NCBI RefSeq assembly: GCF_019264575.1
Contig: NZ_JAHUZV010000026.1
Direction: 5' to 3' (one strand)
Origin: Vulcanococcus sp.
Lineage (GTDB): Bacteria > Cyanobacteriota > Cyanobacteriia > PCC-6307 > Cyanobiaceae
Length of the DNA: 64,000 nt
Shown: piece after piece, positions 39,067 to 50,008 of the stretch
How positions within the stretch are numbered: position 1 is the stretch's first letter
Layout: every line of letters begins with the position of its first letter
Program-made: the position numbers and the translations under genes
The notes under the pieces: model-generated
What the model was told of the DNA's origin: nothing
Database searches by the model: none
The model's input: the letters and a program-made list of their open reading frames with translations, nothing else

Positions 39067-40357
39067 GGCGCCAGGGCCCAGCAGCCTGCAGCTGCAGTTG
39101 CCGCGGCTGCTGCTCGATCCCTGCCAGCGTGATCTGCCCTGCGGCGATGCCGATGGTTTGGTGCCGGTGCAGCTGGAACTGGAGGCCGGCCGGGTGGCCG
39201 CGATCCGCCCCTTGGCATCGCCAAAGGGTTTGCCCCTGGCGCTGACGCCTCTGGTGGAGGCCCATGCCCATCTCGATAAGGCCTTCAGTTGGGAGCAGCA
39301 CCCCAACCGCAGCGGCCAAATGGCTGACGCACTGAGCGTGAATCTGCGGGAGGGCGAGCAGCGCACCCTCGAGCAGGTGCGCCAGCGCGCCAGCCGCGCC
39401 CTGGATCAGGCCTGGCGCTATGGCCTGCGCGCCATCCGCAGCCATCTCGACAGTGGCGGGCCTGGAGCGGCGCCGAGCTGGGAGGCTTTGCTTGACCTCC
39501 AGCAGCAGTGGCGCGGGCGCGTGGAGTTGCAGCTGGTGGCCCTGGTGCCGATCAGCCACTGGAGCACCGAGGCCGGCCGGGCCCTGGCGCAGCGGGTGGC
39601 GCAGGCTGGCGGCTTGTTGGGCGGTGTGCTCGGGCCGCCTTATCCGCGTGCCCGCCGCGATCGCCAGGCCTGGCAGGGGATGTTGCTGCTGGCTGAGCAG
39701 CTCGGCTGCGGCATCGATCTGCATGTGGATGAGAGCGGTGAGGCCCCCGGTCAGGGAGTAGCGCTATTGCTGGAGCAGCTGGAGCGCCGGCGGCCGCAGC
39801 TGCCGATCACCTGCAGCCATGCCAGCAGCATGGGGCTGTTGCCGCTCGCCGCGCAGCAGCGGCTGGCGGAGCGGTTGGCCCGCCTGCAGGTGGAGGTGGT
39901 GGCCTTGCCCACCACCAACCTCTGGCTGCTGGGGCGGCGCGGCGATGCGGATCTGGCCCAGCGGCCGTTGGCGCCGGTGCGGCAGTTGCAGCGTGCGGGG
40001 GTGGTGGTGGCTGTGGGCGGTGACAACGTGCAGGACCCCTGGGATCCCGGCAGCGACTTCGATCCGCTGGAGCTGCTGCGCCTGGCCTGCCGCGTTTGCC
40101 ATTGCCCTCCCTGGCAGCGCCAGGGGATCACCCCGTTCACCACGGCGCCAGCGCGCCTGCTGGGCCTGGCCTGGGATGGGATCGTGCGCCAGGGCTCTCC
40201 AGCTGATTTGGTGATCACGAGCGCCACCAGCTGGAGTGAGCTGCTGGCCCGCCCGCCCCAGCGGCGGGTGCTGCGCGGCGGCCAATGGCTCCCGGCAGCG
40301 CCCACGCAGCAGCCTTCGCCGGCCCTTGCCAGGCTGGAGGCCTCAACCCCCTGCTGA
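39050..40357 (+). CDS. Cytosine deaminase-like amidohydrolase
   Basis: EAHAHLDK, LHVDES, SHASS, GGDNVQDPW metal-binding motifs. Confidence 0.88.
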   Translation: MVMRAEAPGPSSLQLQLPRLLLDPCQRDLPCGDADGLVPVQLELEAGRVAAIRPLASPKGLPLALTPLVEAHAHLDKAFSWEQHPNRSGQMADALSVNLREGEQRTLEQVRQRASRALDQAWRYGLRAIRSHLDSGGPGAAPSWEALLDLQQQWRGRVELQLVALVPISHWSTEAGRALAQRVAQAGGLLGGVLGPPYPRARRDRQAWQGMLLLAEQLGCGIDLHVDESGEAPGQGVALLLEQLERRRPQLPITCSHASSMGLLPLAAQQRLAERLARLQVEVVALPTTNLWLLGRRGDADLAQRPLAPVRQLQRAGVVVAVGGDNVQDPWDPGSDFDPLELLRLACRVCHCPPWQRQGITPFTTAPARLLGLAWDGIVRQGSPADLVITSATSWSELLARPPQRRVLRGGQWLPAAPTQQPSPALARLEASTPC

Positions 40358-40364
40358 TTGCTTG

Positions 40365-41780
40365 ATGGCTTCGCTGCTGCCCAGCGCCCTGCCGCAGCCC
40401 CTGCCGCAACCGGCATCGGCGCAGCAGCTGGAGCAGCTGGCCGCTGATCTGCGCGCTGCGGGCTTGATGCCTCTGCGCAGCAGCGGAGAGCTCGAGCAAC
40501 TCTCAGCCGATGCTTTTGTGTATTCCCCGGTGCTGCAGCCGCTGCTGCAAGGCTTGCGGGCGCAGCTTGGCGTGCGGGCCGAGAACGCCGAACAGGTGCT
40601 GGCGGTGGCGGCGGCCTGCGCTCGCCATGGAGTGAGCCTCACCCTGCGCGGTGCCGGCACGGGCAATTACGGCCAGGCCACGCCCCTGGCTGGCGGCTTG
40701 GTGCTTGAGCTCAGCGCCATGAACCGCCTGTTGGAGGTTGATCCCAGCAGCGGTGTGTTCACGGCGGAGCCGGGGATTCTGCTGGCGGATTTGGAGGCAC
40801 ACCTGCAGGCGCGGGGCCGGGAGCTGCGGCTGGTGCCCAGCACCGTGCGCAGCGCCAGCCTGGCGGGGTATCTGGCGGGCGGCTCCAGTGGGATCGGCTC
40901 GCTGCGCTGGGGATTCCTGAGGGATCCAGGCCATCTGCTCGGGCTTGAGATCGTCACGCTCGAACCCACGCCGCGGCGGCTTCAGCTCGGGGCTGCGGAA
41001 GCCGAGGCGATCAACCACGCCTATGGCTGCAACGGCATCATCACCAGCGTCACCATGGCCAGCGCGGCTGCGGTGCCCTGGCAGCAGTGGGTGCTGGAGT
41101 TTGCCTCCTGGGAGCAGGCTCTGGCGGCGGCGCAGCAGCTGCCCAAAACAGCCCTGCTGCTCAACGCCCTCTGTGCCCTGGAGGGGCCTGTGGCCGAATG
41201 GATGCCGTGGCCCAAGGGCTGCCCACCGGCCACGGCATCGGGGCACCGCCTGTTGCTCCTGGCGGCCCCGGATGCACGGCTGGCTCTCGATGCGCTGCTG
41301 CCGGGCCTGGGGGGGCAGTTGGTGTGGGAGGCGCCCCAGGGGCAGAGCCGGGGCATCCCGCTACGGGAGCTGTGCTGGAACCACACCACCCTGCACGCCC
41401 GCACCCACGACCCCGGCCTCACCTATCTGCAACTGCTGCTGCCCCAGCCGGAGCAGGCGGCCCTCGATGCCCTCCGGCAGCGCTGGGGCGACGCGGTGCT
41501 CTGGCACCTGGAGGCGGTGCGGGCCCAGGGGCAGCAGCGGCTGGCCTGCCTACCGCTGGTGCGCTGGCGCGGCCGCGAGGCCTTGGAGGAGTTGATCCGC
41601 CATGCCTGCGATCTGGGCTGTCTGTTGTTCAACCCCCACGCCATCACCGTGGAAGACGGTGGCCTGGGCGGGGTGGACGCCGATCAGGTGGCGGCCAAGG
41701 CCAACTACGACCCCGCCGGGTTGCTCAATCCCGGCAAGCTGCGCGGCTGGCTGGAGCGCTCAGCACCGAGGGGCGCTTAG
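40365..41780 (+). CDS. FAD-binding oxidoreductase (FAD-binding PCMH/VAO family)
   Basis: RGAGTGNYGQ, SLAGYLAGGSSGIGSLRWG, HAYGCNGIIT, DPAGLLNPGK. Confidence 0.9.
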   Translation: MASLLPSALPQPLPQPASAQQLEQLAADLRAAGLMPLRSSGELEQLSADAFVYSPVLQPLLQGLRAQLGVRAENAEQVLAVAAACARHGVSLTLRGAGTGNYGQATPLAGGLVLELSAMNRLLEVDPSSGVFTAEPGILLADLEAHLQARGRELRLVPSTVRSASLAGYLAGGSSGIGSLRWGFLRDPGHLLGLEIVTLEPTPRRLQLGAAEAEAINHAYGCNGIITSVTMASAAAVPWQQWVLEFASWEQALAAAQQLPKTALLLNALCALEGPVAEWMPWPKGCPPATASGHRLLLLAAPDARLALDALLPGLGGQLVWEAPQGQSRGIPLRELCWNHTTLHARTHDPGLTYLQLLLPQPEQAALDALRQRWGDAVLWHLEAVRAQGQQRLACLPLVRWRGREALEELIRHACDLGCLLFNPHAITVEDGGLGGVDADQVAAKANYDPAGLLNPGKLRGWLERSAPRGA

Positions 41781-42301
41781 CAGCCGAGGCTGGCTCGGGT
41801 GTCGGCGCCGGTGCGGGAGTTGGTGCCGCTGGCCTTGGCGCAGAGCTGCCGTTGATCGGCGCGATCGATCAGGGCATCGCTGAAGTCGGCGCCGGTCACA
41901 TCGGCGCCGTTAAAGGTGGCGCCCGCAGCAATCACACCCACCAGCAGGGCATCCCGCAGGTTGGTGTGGCTCATGTCGGTGCGATCCAGCAGCACATCGC
42001 TGAGGTCAGCGCCACTGAAATCGGCCTCAGGGAAAGCCCCCTGGGTGAAGATCGCGCCGTGCAGATCGGCGCCCGCAAAGTTGGTGCCCTTGCCCACTGC
42101 TCCGGCGAAGGAGGTGTTGGCCAGGTGCTGGCCGGAGAAGTCCTTGCCGCTCTGGTTGGTGAGCGTGTAATCCACGGTGTCCTGGAACAGGGCCCGATCC
42201 TGCAGGCCAACACCGGCGCTCGTGTCGAGAGCCATGGCGGGTAGGGCGGCCACCAGCAGCCAGAGGCTGGCCAGTAGGGCCATGAAGCGGCGGATCGGCA
42301 T
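41777..42301 (-). CDS. Pentapeptide repeat protein (exported/lumenal)
   Basis: Signal peptide, A(D/N)LxG repeats (ADFSGADLSD, ADVTGADFSD), C-terminal Cys pair. Confidence 0.92.
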   Translation of the reverse strand: MPIRRFMALLASLWLLVAALPAMALDTSAGVGLQDRALFQDTVDYTLTNQSGKDFSGQHLANTSFAGAVGKGTNFAGADLHGAIFTQGAFPEADFSGADLSDVLLDRTDMSHTNLRDALLVGVIAAGATFNGADVTGADFSDALIDRADQRQLCAKASGTNSRTGADTRASLGC

Positions 42302-42321
42302 GGCGGCGCAGGCGTCTGCGT

Positions 42322-43545
42322 TCAGTCTGTCGTCTGAAGCAGGGGCAGCAGCTCCGCCACCAGATAGAGCGAACCGCAGGCCACCGGCAGGGCGGGCGAC
42401 TCCACCAGCCAGGCCAGGTTGGTGGCGAGATCAGGCACGCCTTCCTCCAGCTGCAACCCTGTGGCGGCCTGGAGATCGGCAGCAGACCAGCTGCTGTGCT
42501 CCTGCGGCAAGGCCACCACCCGCACCGCGTCGCCTTCACGCAGCAGGGTGCGCAGCAGCGACGGTGCATCCTTGTGGCGCTGGATGCCGATCAGCCAGCG
42601 GCGGGGCAGCTGGTGGTCGTGGCTGCGTTGATCCAATTCGCGGCGCAGCGCCTCAGCGGCAGGGGGGTTGTGGGCGCCATCCACCAGCAGCAGCTGGCCC
42701 TGGAAGCGGCGCTGCTCCAGCCGGCCAGGCCAGCGAGCCTGGCGCAGCCCCTCGGCGATCGCGGCGGAGGTGATCGGCCAGCCGCGCTCCGCCAGGGCCT
42801 CGGCTGCGGCGCTGGCCACGGCGGCATTGCTGCGCTGGAGATCTCCCCGCAGCCCCAGCACAGGGCCGCCCTGTTCCGCTGGCGCCAACGGCTCCACCCA
42901 ACGCAGCGCGCAGCCCTGGCGGGCCGCCAGCTGTCGCAGCACCTGGGCGGCCTCCTCGGTTTGCGGGCCGCTCACGGCCGAGGCACCGGGGTGCAGCACG
43001 CCGGCTTTCTCCGCAGCGATGGACGCGATCGTGGGCCCCAGATGTTCGGTGTGATCGAGGCCGATGCTGGCGAACGCCAGCACCTGGCGATCCGGATGCA
43101 CCGTTGTGGCATCGAGGCGGCCCCCCAGCCCCACTTCCAGCACAGCGAGCTCCACGCCGGCGTCAGCGAAGGCCTGCATGGCGGCGGCCGTCACCAGCTC
43201 AAAGGGGGTGAGGTTGTGGCGCAGGGCCAGTGGTTGCAGGTTTTGCAGCAGCTCTCTCAGCGCGGCTTCGCTGATTAGGCCCTCCGGCAGGCGGATGCGC
43301 TCACACCAGCTGAGCAGATGGGGCGAGGTGTAGAGCCCGCAGCGGATGCCGGCGGCAGAGGTGATGGCGTGCAGCATCGTGCTGATCGAGCCCTTGCCGT
43401 TGGTGCCGGCCACCTGGATCGCCGCAAAACGGCGTTCGGGATGGCCCAGCTCCGCCAGGGCCGCCTGCAGCCGCTCCAGGCCGAGGTCAACGCCCCGGCG
43501 ACTGAAGGGAGCGATCAGGTCGCTGAAGGGGTCTGGGCCTGGCAC
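42322..43545 (-). CDS. folC: Folylpolyglutamate synthase / dihydrofolate synthase
   Basis: VAGTNGKGS, YTSPHL, EVGLGGRLDATT, WPGRLE, DGAHNP. Confidence 0.95.
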   Translation of the reverse strand: MPGPDPFSDLIAPFSRRGVDLGLERLQAALAELGHPERRFAAIQVAGTNGKGSISTMLHAITSAAGIRCGLYTSPHLLSWCERIRLPEGLISEAALRELLQNLQPLALRHNLTPFELVTAAAMQAFADAGVELAVLEVGLGGRLDATTVHPDRQVLAFASIGLDHTEHLGPTIASIAAEKAGVLHPGASAVSGPQTEEAAQVLRQLAARQGCALRWVEPLAPAEQGGPVLGLRGDLQRSNAAVASAAAEALAERGWPITSAAIAEGLRQARWPGRLEQRRFQGQLLLVDGAHNPPAAEALRRELDQRSHDHQLPRRWLIGIQRHKDAPSLLRTLLREGDAVRVVALPQEHSSWSAADLQAATGLQLEEGVPDLATNLAWLVESPALPVACGSLYLVAELLPLLQTTD

Positions 43546-44726
43546 GTGATCAGGGCGCGTTCCAGACGCTTCACCGCTTCGCGGATGTGGCGGGGTTGGA
43601 TGGTGAGGGGCGGTACGAAGCGCACAACGTTGGTGCCGGCGGGCACTAGCAGTAGGCCTTCGGCCATGGCCGCTTTCACCACGTCAATGGCGGCCGGTCC
43701 TTCGGGTCTGAGTACCAGCCCCTGCAGCAGGCCCCAGCCGCGGCATCCCTCCGCCAGGGTGGGGTGGCGCGCCACCAAGCCGGCGAGCTGCTCCTGCAGC
43801 AGTTGGCCCATCGCTTCGGCATGGGCAGGCAGATTGCGCTTCACCAGCTCCTCAGCCACGGTGAGGCCGGCTCGGCAGGCCATCGGATTGCCGCCGAAGG
43901 TGCTGGCGTGCTCACCGGGCTTGAGGTGATCGGCAGCGGCCTTCACGCACAACGCGCCGATGGGGAAGCCGCCGCCCAGCCCCTTGGCCAGGGTGAAGGC
44001 ATCGGGTTCCACGCCGAGCTTCTGATAACCCCAGAGGCGCCCGGTGCGGCCGACGCCCACTTGCACTTCATCGAAGATCAGCAGGATGTTGTGCTGATCG
44101 CAGAGCTCCCGCACCCGGCGGAAGAAGCTCTGGTCGCCCGGGTTCACGCCGCCTTCGCCCTGCAATGGCTCCAGCATCACGGCGGCCACTCGCGGACCAT
44201 CCTTCTCGCACTCGGCAAGCAGTGCCTCAAAGGCGGCCGTGTCGTTGTAGGGGAAGTAGCGGAAGCCCTGCACCATCGGCTCAAAGCCCTGGTGGTACTT
44301 GGGCTGACCGGTGGCCGTTACCGCCGCCAGAGTGCGGCCGTGGAAGCTGGCTTGGGCGGTGAGGATCAGTGGTCCTGGGCCGTCGGTGCCGATGCCGCGC
44401 ACCTGATGGCCGTGCTTGCGGGCCAACTTGATCGCGCCTTCGTTGGCTTCGGCGCCGGAGTTGCAGAAGAACACCGCATCGGCGCAGCTGTTGGCGGTGA
44501 TCCAGGCCGCCAGCTGTTCCTGCTCGGGGATCCGATACAGGTTGGACACATGCTGCAGCTTGCGCAGCTGCCGGCCCAGGGCCCGGCGCATCACCGGGTT
44601 GCTGTGGCCGAGGGTGCACACCGCAATGCCGGCCACCCCATCGAGATAGCGCCGGCCATTGCTGTCCCACACCCACACGCCCCGGCCGCGCACCAGTTCG
44701 AGGGGAAAACGCCCGTAGGTCTGCAT
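43515..44726 (-). CDS. argD: Acetylornithine aminotransferase
   Basis: MQTYGRF, FCNSGAEANE, SFHGRT, IFDEVQVG, LAKGLGGG; alternative start 44768. Confidence 0.95.
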   Translation of the reverse strand: MQTYGRFPLELVRGRGVWVWDSNGRRYLDGVAGIAVCTLGHSNPVMRRALGRQLRKLQHVSNLYRIPEQEQLAAWITANSCADAVFFCNSGAEANEGAIKLARKHGHQVRGIGTDGPGPLILTAQASFHGRTLAAVTATGQPKYHQGFEPMVQGFRYFPYNDTAAFEALLAECEKDGPRVAAVMLEPLQGEGGVNPGDQSFFRRVRELCDQHNILLIFDEVQVGVGRTGRLWGYQKLGVEPDAFTLAKGLGGGFPIGALCVKAAADHLKPGEHASTFGGNPMACRAGLTVAEELVKRNLPAHAEAMGQLLQEQLAGLVARHPTLAEGCRGWGLLQGLVLRPEGPAAIDVVKAAMAEGLLLVPAGTNVVRFVPPLTIQPRHIREAVKRLERALITCQAQTPSAT

Positions 44727-44767
44727 CACCGCCGAGCTGGCGGGGGTGATGCGAGGGGGCGGAGTCA

Positions 44768-44849
44768 TAGGAGCGGTGGGACTTGAACCCACATGCCCGA
44801 AGGCGCTCGATTTTGAGTCGAGTCCGTCTACCAATTCCGGCACGCTCCC
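44768..44849 (-). tRNA. tRNA-Leu(CAA)
   Basis: GGGAGCG/CGCTCCT acceptor, GGAATTGGTAGAC D-loop, CTCGA-CT-CAA-AA-TCGAG anticodon arm. Confidence 0.97.
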
Positions 44850-44875
44850 GCGTGGCTGACTGTAGGGGTCAGCCC

Positions 44876-46171
44876 TCAGCCGACGCGGCGAATCGAGGCG
44901 CCAACGCGGTTGAGCTTGCCCTCGAAATCGGCGTAGCCGCGATCGAGGTATTCCAGGCCCTGCACCGTGGTGATGCCTTCGGCCGCCAGGCCGGCCAGCA
45001 CCATTGCGGCCGAGGCTCGCAGGTCGCTGCCTTGCACCGGGGCGCCGCTGAGGCGGGCGACCCCTTCAATGAAGGCGGTGCTGCCCTGCACGCGGATCGC
45101 GGCGCCCATGCGCTGCAGTTCGGCCACGTGCTGCAGCCGGTTTTCAAAGATGTTCTCCGTGATCACGCTCGTTCCCTGAGCCGTGGCAAGCAAGCTCATG
45201 AACGGTGCCTGCAGATCGGTGGGGAAGCCGGGGAAGGGTTGGGTGCGCAGATCCACCGCCCGGATGTCCTCACCACTGATGGTGACGAGGGTGCCGTCGA
45301 TCTTGAGCTTGCAGCCGGCTTCCTCGAGCTTGGTGAGAACCGCACCGAGGTGATCGGTGATCACAGGCCCCACGGTGAGTGTGGAGCGGGTGATGGCGGC
45401 GGCCAGCAGGAAGGTGCCGGCCTCAATCCGATCGGGGATCACGGCGTAGTCAGCGCCGTGGAGGCGCTCCACACCCACGATCGTGATGGTGGGTGTGCCG
45501 GCGCCGCGCACTTTGGCGCCCATGGCCAACAGCAAACCGGCCAGATCGATCACCTCGGGCTCGAGGGCGGCGTTCTCGATCACCGTTTCACCCTCGGCGA
45601 GGGCGGCCGCCATCATCAGCGTTTCAGTCGCGCCCACGCTGGGGCAATCGAGGTGAATGCGGCCCCCTTTGAGGCGATGGCCGCGGCCCGGCACCACCGC
45701 CGACACCACGCCGTGCTCGATCGTGACCTGGGCTCCAAGCGCCTTCAGGCCCTTCACGTGCTCCACCACGGGGCGAGTGCCGATCTGGCAGCCGCCGGGA
45801 AGGGGAACGCGGGCAATGCCTAGCCGTGCCAGCAGCGGGCCGATGCAGAAGAAGCTGGCCCGCAGGCTGTTCACCAGCTCGTAGGGCGGAGCGGATTGGT
45901 TGAGACCAGATCCCTGCATCTCCAGGCTTTCGCCGTTGCGGCGCACCTTCACCCCGAGGGAGCTGAGGATTTCCCCCATGCCCTGGATATCGGTGAGAGG
46001 CGGCACGTTGCGCAGCCGCAACTGGTCTTCGGTGAGCAGGCTGGCGGCCATCAGCACCAGCGCTGAATTTTTAGCGCCGCTCACCCGCAATTCCCCCGAG
46101 AGGCGGCGGTTGCCCGCGATCTCAAGCTGGGGGTTGAGAATCTGTTGAGACGGGACAGCGGTCACAGTCAT
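44876..46171 (-). CDS. murA: UDP-N-acetylglucosamine 1-carboxyvinyltransferase
   Basis: [40 protein letters not shown]. Confidence 0.98.
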   Translation of the reverse strand: MTVTAVPSQQILNPQLEIAGNRRLSGELRVSGAKNSALVLMAASLLTEDQLRLRNVPPLTDIQGMGEILSSLGVKVRRNGESLEMQGSGLNQSAPPYELVNSLRASFFCIGPLLARLGIARVPLPGGCQIGTRPVVEHVKGLKALGAQVTIEHGVVSAVVPGRGHRLKGGRIHLDCPSVGATETLMMAAALAEGETVIENAALEPEVIDLAGLLLAMGAKVRGAGTPTITIVGVERLHGADYAVIPDRIEAGTFLLAAAITRSTLTVGPVITDHLGAVLTKLEEAGCKLKIDGTLVTISGEDIRAVDLRTQPFPGFPTDLQAPFMSLLATAQGTSVITENIFENRLQHVAELQRMGAAIRVQGSTAFIEGVARLSGAPVQGSDLRASAAMVLAGLAAEGITTVQGLEYLDRGYADFEGKLNRVGASIRRVG

Positions 46172-46319
46172 GGCTACAGGCGTCCCGCCTCAGGGGCCTC
46201 ATCCTGACAATCGGCCCTGAGACCGGCAAGACGTCCGGCGCCGGAACTGGCTTGGCCCCATGGGCGCCACCCCTGATGGGGTACATTTCCGGGGTCGCCG
46301 ACGCGACACGCCAGCCCCT

Positions 46320-46403
46320 GCGGATGTGGCGGAATTGGTAGACGCGCTAGTTTCAGGTACTAGTGGCAGCAATGTCGTGGGAGTTCAAGTCTCCCCATCC
46401 GCA
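46320..46403 (+). tRNA. tRNA-Leu(CAG)
   Basis: GCGGATG/CATCCGC acceptor, CTAGT-TT-CAG-GT-ACTAG anticodon arm. Confidence 0.97.
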
Positions 46404-46406
46404 CTG

Positions 46407-46437
46407 AAAAGCTCCCCTCAGCGAGGGGAGCTTTTTT
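46407..46437 (+). terminator. Rho-independent terminator after tRNA-Leu
   Basis: AAAAGCTCCCCTC-agc-GAGGGGAGCTTTTTT. Confidence 0.9.
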
Positions 46438-46562
46438 ATTGCTTCAGCTGGCTGGCTTGTTGGCCGGCGACGGTTGCTGTTCTCGGCTTGACTTGCCAGG
46501 GTTGAAACGCAGCGCGGTCATCACTGCTGCTGCTTTCATCGTTTGTGCTGCACGGCTCGTCG

Positions 46563-46811
46563 ATGCTCGTCCTCAAGATCACCAATGCCTCCGAAGTCGT
46601 GGCGGCGAAGATCGGTCGCTTCCTGGGGGCGCTTACCCCTGATGCCCTCGATCAGAAAACGATTGAGGATGTGCTGATCAAGGAGTTGATCAAAAACCTC
46701 AGCGCCGAGGGGCTCAAGGGTGAAGTAGCTGCCGTGCGCGGCCTTGAGCTGCATGAGCATGGGCTTGACGTGGAGGAAGGCCTGCACGTTCGCCGGCGTG
46801 AAGCCTTCTGA
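46563..46811 (+). CDS. Small hypothetical protein
   Basis: MLVLKITNASEVVAAKIGRFL...EGLKGEV; 1-bp overlap with next gene. Confidence 0.7.
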   Translation: MLVLKITNASEVVAAKIGRFLGALTPDALDQKTIEDVLIKELIKNLSAEGLKGEVAAVRGLELHEHGLDVEEGLHVRRREAF

Positions 46812-47611
46812 TGGAGCTGATCACCAGTCGGCGTAACCCGCTGGTGGGGCGCCTGCGGGCCTTGCATCAACCCAAGGGCAGGCGAGAGCAGGGTTTGCTG
46901 CTTTTGGAGGGCACCCATCAACTGCAGGAGTTGCTGCGCTTGGGTCTCCAGCCCGAGCAGGTGCTGGCAACTCCAGCCTGGATCGAGCGCAACGGCGGCT
47001 TGCTGGCTCAGGTGGCTTTGCCGCTGCAGCCCGTGGGGGAAGAGGTGATGGCTGCGGTGGCCACCACCGATCACCCGGATGGTGTGGTGGCCACCTTGGC
47101 CCGTGAGGCTCTGCCCGTCGCCCGGGGCGAGGGCGCTTTCGTGCTGGTGCTCGATCAGCTCCAGGATCCCGGCAACCTGGGCACGCTGCTGCGCACGGCG
47201 CTGGCAGCTGGTGTGGATGAGGTGTGGCTCGGGGGCGGCGCCGATCCCCTTCAACCCAAGGTGCTCAGGGCCTCTGCCGGTGCGGCGCTGGCGTTGCCGC
47301 TGCTGCGGCTAGCCCAGGGCGATGCGCTGCTGCCCCTGCTGCAGCGGGCTGTTGCGGCGGGGCAGCAGTTGGTGGCCACCGTGGTTCAGCCATGCGCCCA
47401 GCCCTACTGGCAGCTCGATTGGACCCGCCCCACCATTTTGATGATGGGGAATGAAGGCGCGGGTCTGCATCCGCAGCTGGCAGCCCTGGCCACCCATCGG
47501 ATCACCATTCCTCACAGCGATGCTGTGGAATCGCTGAACGTGGCGGTGGCGGCGGCGCCTCTCCTGCTGGAGCGCTGGCGCCAGGAGCGCAACGCTGCTG
47601 CGGGGGCCTGA
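46811..47611 (+). CDS. TrmH/SpoU-family RNA 2'-O-methyltransferase
   Basis: ITSRRNPLV, LQDPGNLGTLLRTA, MGNEGAG, ESLNVAVAA. Confidence 0.92.
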   Translation: MELITSRRNPLVGRLRALHQPKGRREQGLLLLEGTHQLQELLRLGLQPEQVLATPAWIERNGGLLAQVALPLQPVGEEVMAAVATTDHPDGVVATLAREALPVARGEGAFVLVLDQLQDPGNLGTLLRTALAAGVDEVWLGGGADPLQPKVLRASAGAALALPLLRLAQGDALLPLLQRAVAAGQQLVATVVQPCAQPYWQLDWTRPTILMMGNEGAGLHPQLAALATHRITIPHSDAVESLNVAVAAAPLLLERWRQERNAAAGA

Positions 47612-47646
47612 CAGGAGAGAATGCCCGCCAACTGCGCAGGTAACCG

Positions 47647-49089
47647 GTGAGCGACGGCAGCTTCGATTTTGATGTGATCGTCATCGGCGCCGGTTATGGC
47701 GGCTTCGATGCGGCGAAGCATGCTGCTGAGCACGGCCTGCGTACGGCGATCATCGAAAGCCGCGATATGGGCGGCACCTGCGTGAACCGCGGCTGCGTGC
47801 CCTCCAAGGCCCTGCTGGCAGCCAGCGGCCGGGTGCGGGAACTGGCCGACGCTGAACACCTCAAAGGCTTTGGCATCCACGCGGCGCCGGTGCGCTTTGA
47901 GCGCCAGAAGATCGCCGACCACGCCAATCAGCTGGTGGCCACGATCCGCGGCAACCTCACCAAAACGCTCGAGCGAGCCGGCGTCACGATCATCCGCGGC
48001 ACAGGCCGCCTGGAGGGGCCCCAGAAAGTGGGCGTGCGTGAAATCAACGGCGTGGATCGGGTGCTCTCCGGCCGCGACGTGATCATCGCCACGGGCTCTG
48101 ATCCCTTTGTGCCGCCCGGCATCGAAACCGACGGCCGCACCGTGTTCACCAGCGATGAAGCGGTGAGCCTCGAATGGCTGCCCCGCTGGCTGGCGATCAT
48201 CGGCAGCGGCTACATCGGCCTGGAATTCGCCGATGTGTACACCGCTCTCGGCTGTGAGGTGACGATGATCGAGGCGCTGGATCGGGTGATGCCCACCTTC
48301 GATCCCGACATCGCCAAGATCGCCGCCCGCAACCTGATCGACGGCCGCGACATCGACGCCCGCTCCGGCGTGCTGGCCAAATCGATCAAGCCCGGTGCCC
48401 CGGTGCAGATCGAGCTGGTGGATATGCAAACCAAAGAGCCCGTGGAAACCCTCGAGGTGGATGCGGTGCTGGTGGCCACCGGCCGCGTGCCCAGCAGCAA
48501 GGGGCTGAACCTCGAGGCCTGCGGCATCGAAACCAACCGCGGCTTCATCCCGGTGGACGATCAGCTGCGGGTGCTGGTGAACGGTGCCCCCGTGCCCCAC
48601 CTCTGGGCTGTGGGCGATGTGACCGGAAAGATGATGCTGGCCCACACCGCTGCGGCCCAGGGCACCGTGGCGGTGGACAACATCCTGGGCTACCCCCGCG
48701 CGATCGATTACCGCTCGATTCCTGCGGCCACCTTCACCCACCCGGAGATCAGCTCGGTGGGCCTGAGCGAAGCCGATGCCAAGGAGCTGGCCGCCAAGGA
48801 TGGTTTTGAGCTGGGTAGTGTGCGCAGCTACTTCAAGGCCAACTCCAAGGCCCTGGCTGAGCTGGAGAGCGATGGCTTGATGAAGCTGCTGTTCAACAAG
48901 AGCACCGGAGAAGTGCTCGGTGCTCATATTTATGGTCTGCACGCCGCTGATCTGATCCAGGAGATCGCCAACGCTGTGGCCCGCCGCCAGAGCGTGAAGC
49001 AGTTGGCCAATGAGGTGCACACCCACCCCACCCTGAGCGAAGTGGTGGAAGTGGCGTACAAGCAGGCCGCCATGGCCGTGGGAGCCTGA
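47647..49089 (+). CDS. lpdA: Dihydrolipoyl dehydrogenase
   Basis: [39 protein letters not shown]. Confidence 0.98.
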   Translation: MSDGSFDFDVIVIGAGYGGFDAAKHAAEHGLRTAIIESRDMGGTCVNRGCVPSKALLAASGRVRELADAEHLKGFGIHAAPVRFERQKIADHANQLVATIRGNLTKTLERAGVTIIRGTGRLEGPQKVGVREINGVDRVLSGRDVIIATGSDPFVPPGIETDGRTVFTSDEAVSLEWLPRWLAIIGSGYIGLEFADVYTALGCEVTMIEALDRVMPTFDPDIAKIAARNLIDGRDIDARSGVLAKSIKPGAPVQIELVDMQTKEPVETLEVDAVLVATGRVPSSKGLNLEACGIETNRGFIPVDDQLRVLVNGAPVPHLWAVGDVTGKMMLAHTAAAQGTVAVDNILGYPRAIDYRSIPAATFTHPEISSVGLSEADAKELAAKDGFELGSVRSYFKANSKALAELESDGLMKLLFNKSTGEVLGAHIYGLHAADLIQEIANAVARRQSVKQLANEVHTHPTLSEVVEVAYKQAAMAVGA

Positions 49090-49093
49090 AGTG

Positions 49094-49978
49094 ATGGAGA
49101 TTCGTCGCCGGCCGCCCAACCCCAAAGTGAAGGTGGCCCACCTGGAGTACGCCATCCCCCACGAGGAGAGCGAACCCCGCAACATCCTCGAGAAGATCGT
49201 TTGGGAAAAAGATCGTGAGGTGGCCAGTGCCCGCGATCGCGTCACCCTGGAGCAGCTGAAGAAACAGGTGGCTGAACTGCCAGCCACCCGCGATTTTCTG
49301 GCGGCGTTGAAAGCGGCCTGCCGCAAGCCCGCGGTGATTGCCGAGGTGAAGAAGGCAAGCCCCAGCAAGGGTGTGATTCGCGAGGATTTCGATCCCGTGG
49401 CGATCGCCCAGGGCTATGCCGCCGGCGGGGCCAGTTGCCTCTCGGTGCTCACCGATAAGCAGTTTTTCCAGGGCGGCTTTGAGGTGCTGGTGCAGGTGCG
49501 CCAGGTGGTGGATCTGCCGCTGCTCTGCAAAGACTTCATCCTTAGCCCCTATCAGCTGTATCAAGCCCGCGCCGCCGGCGCCGATGCGGCCCTGCTGATT
49601 GCCGCGATCCTCACGGATGCGGATATGGCCTATCTGCTCAAGGTGGCACGTGCCCTGGGCCTCACCGTGCTGGTGGAGGTGCACGATGCAGCCGAGCTGG
49701 AGCGGGTTCTGGCCCTCGAAGGCGTGCAGCTGATCGGCATCAACAACCGCAACCTCGCCACCTTCGACACCGACCTGGCCACCACCGAGCAGCTCACTGA
49801 GCGCTACGGCGAGCAGATCCGCGGGAAGGGCTGCCTGCTGGTGAGCGAATCGGGCCTGCTCAGCCGCGACGATCTCGATCGCGTGCAGAGCGCCGGCGCC
49901 GATGCGGTGCTGGTGGGTGAATCGCTGATGCGTCAGAGCGATGTGACCGCCGCGCTGGAAATGCTGATCAACGGCTGA
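49094..49978 (+). CDS. trpC: Indole-3-glycerol phosphate synthase
   Basis: [36 protein letters not shown]. Confidence 0.98.
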   Translation: MEIRRRPPNPKVKVAHLEYAIPHEESEPRNILEKIVWEKDREVASARDRVTLEQLKKQVAELPATRDFLAALKAACRKPAVIAEVKKASPSKGVIREDFDPVAIAQGYAAGGASCLSVLTDKQFFQGGFEVLVQVRQVVDLPLLCKDFILSPYQLYQARAAGADAALLIAAILTDADMAYLLKVARALGLTVLVEVHDAAELERVLALEGVQLIGINNRNLATFDTDLATTEQLTERYGEQIRGKGCLLVSESGLLSRDDLDRVQSAGADAVLVGESLMRQSDVTAALEMLING

Positions 49979-50008
49979 CGGCTGAACGCCGATAACCAGG
50001 CAGACGAC

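Noticed and set aside
41777-42301. Repeats in the pentapeptide gene as CRISPR-like or other DNA array
   Set aside because: Protein-level A(D/N)LxG repeats only; no repeat-spacer structure or cas genes anywhere in the window
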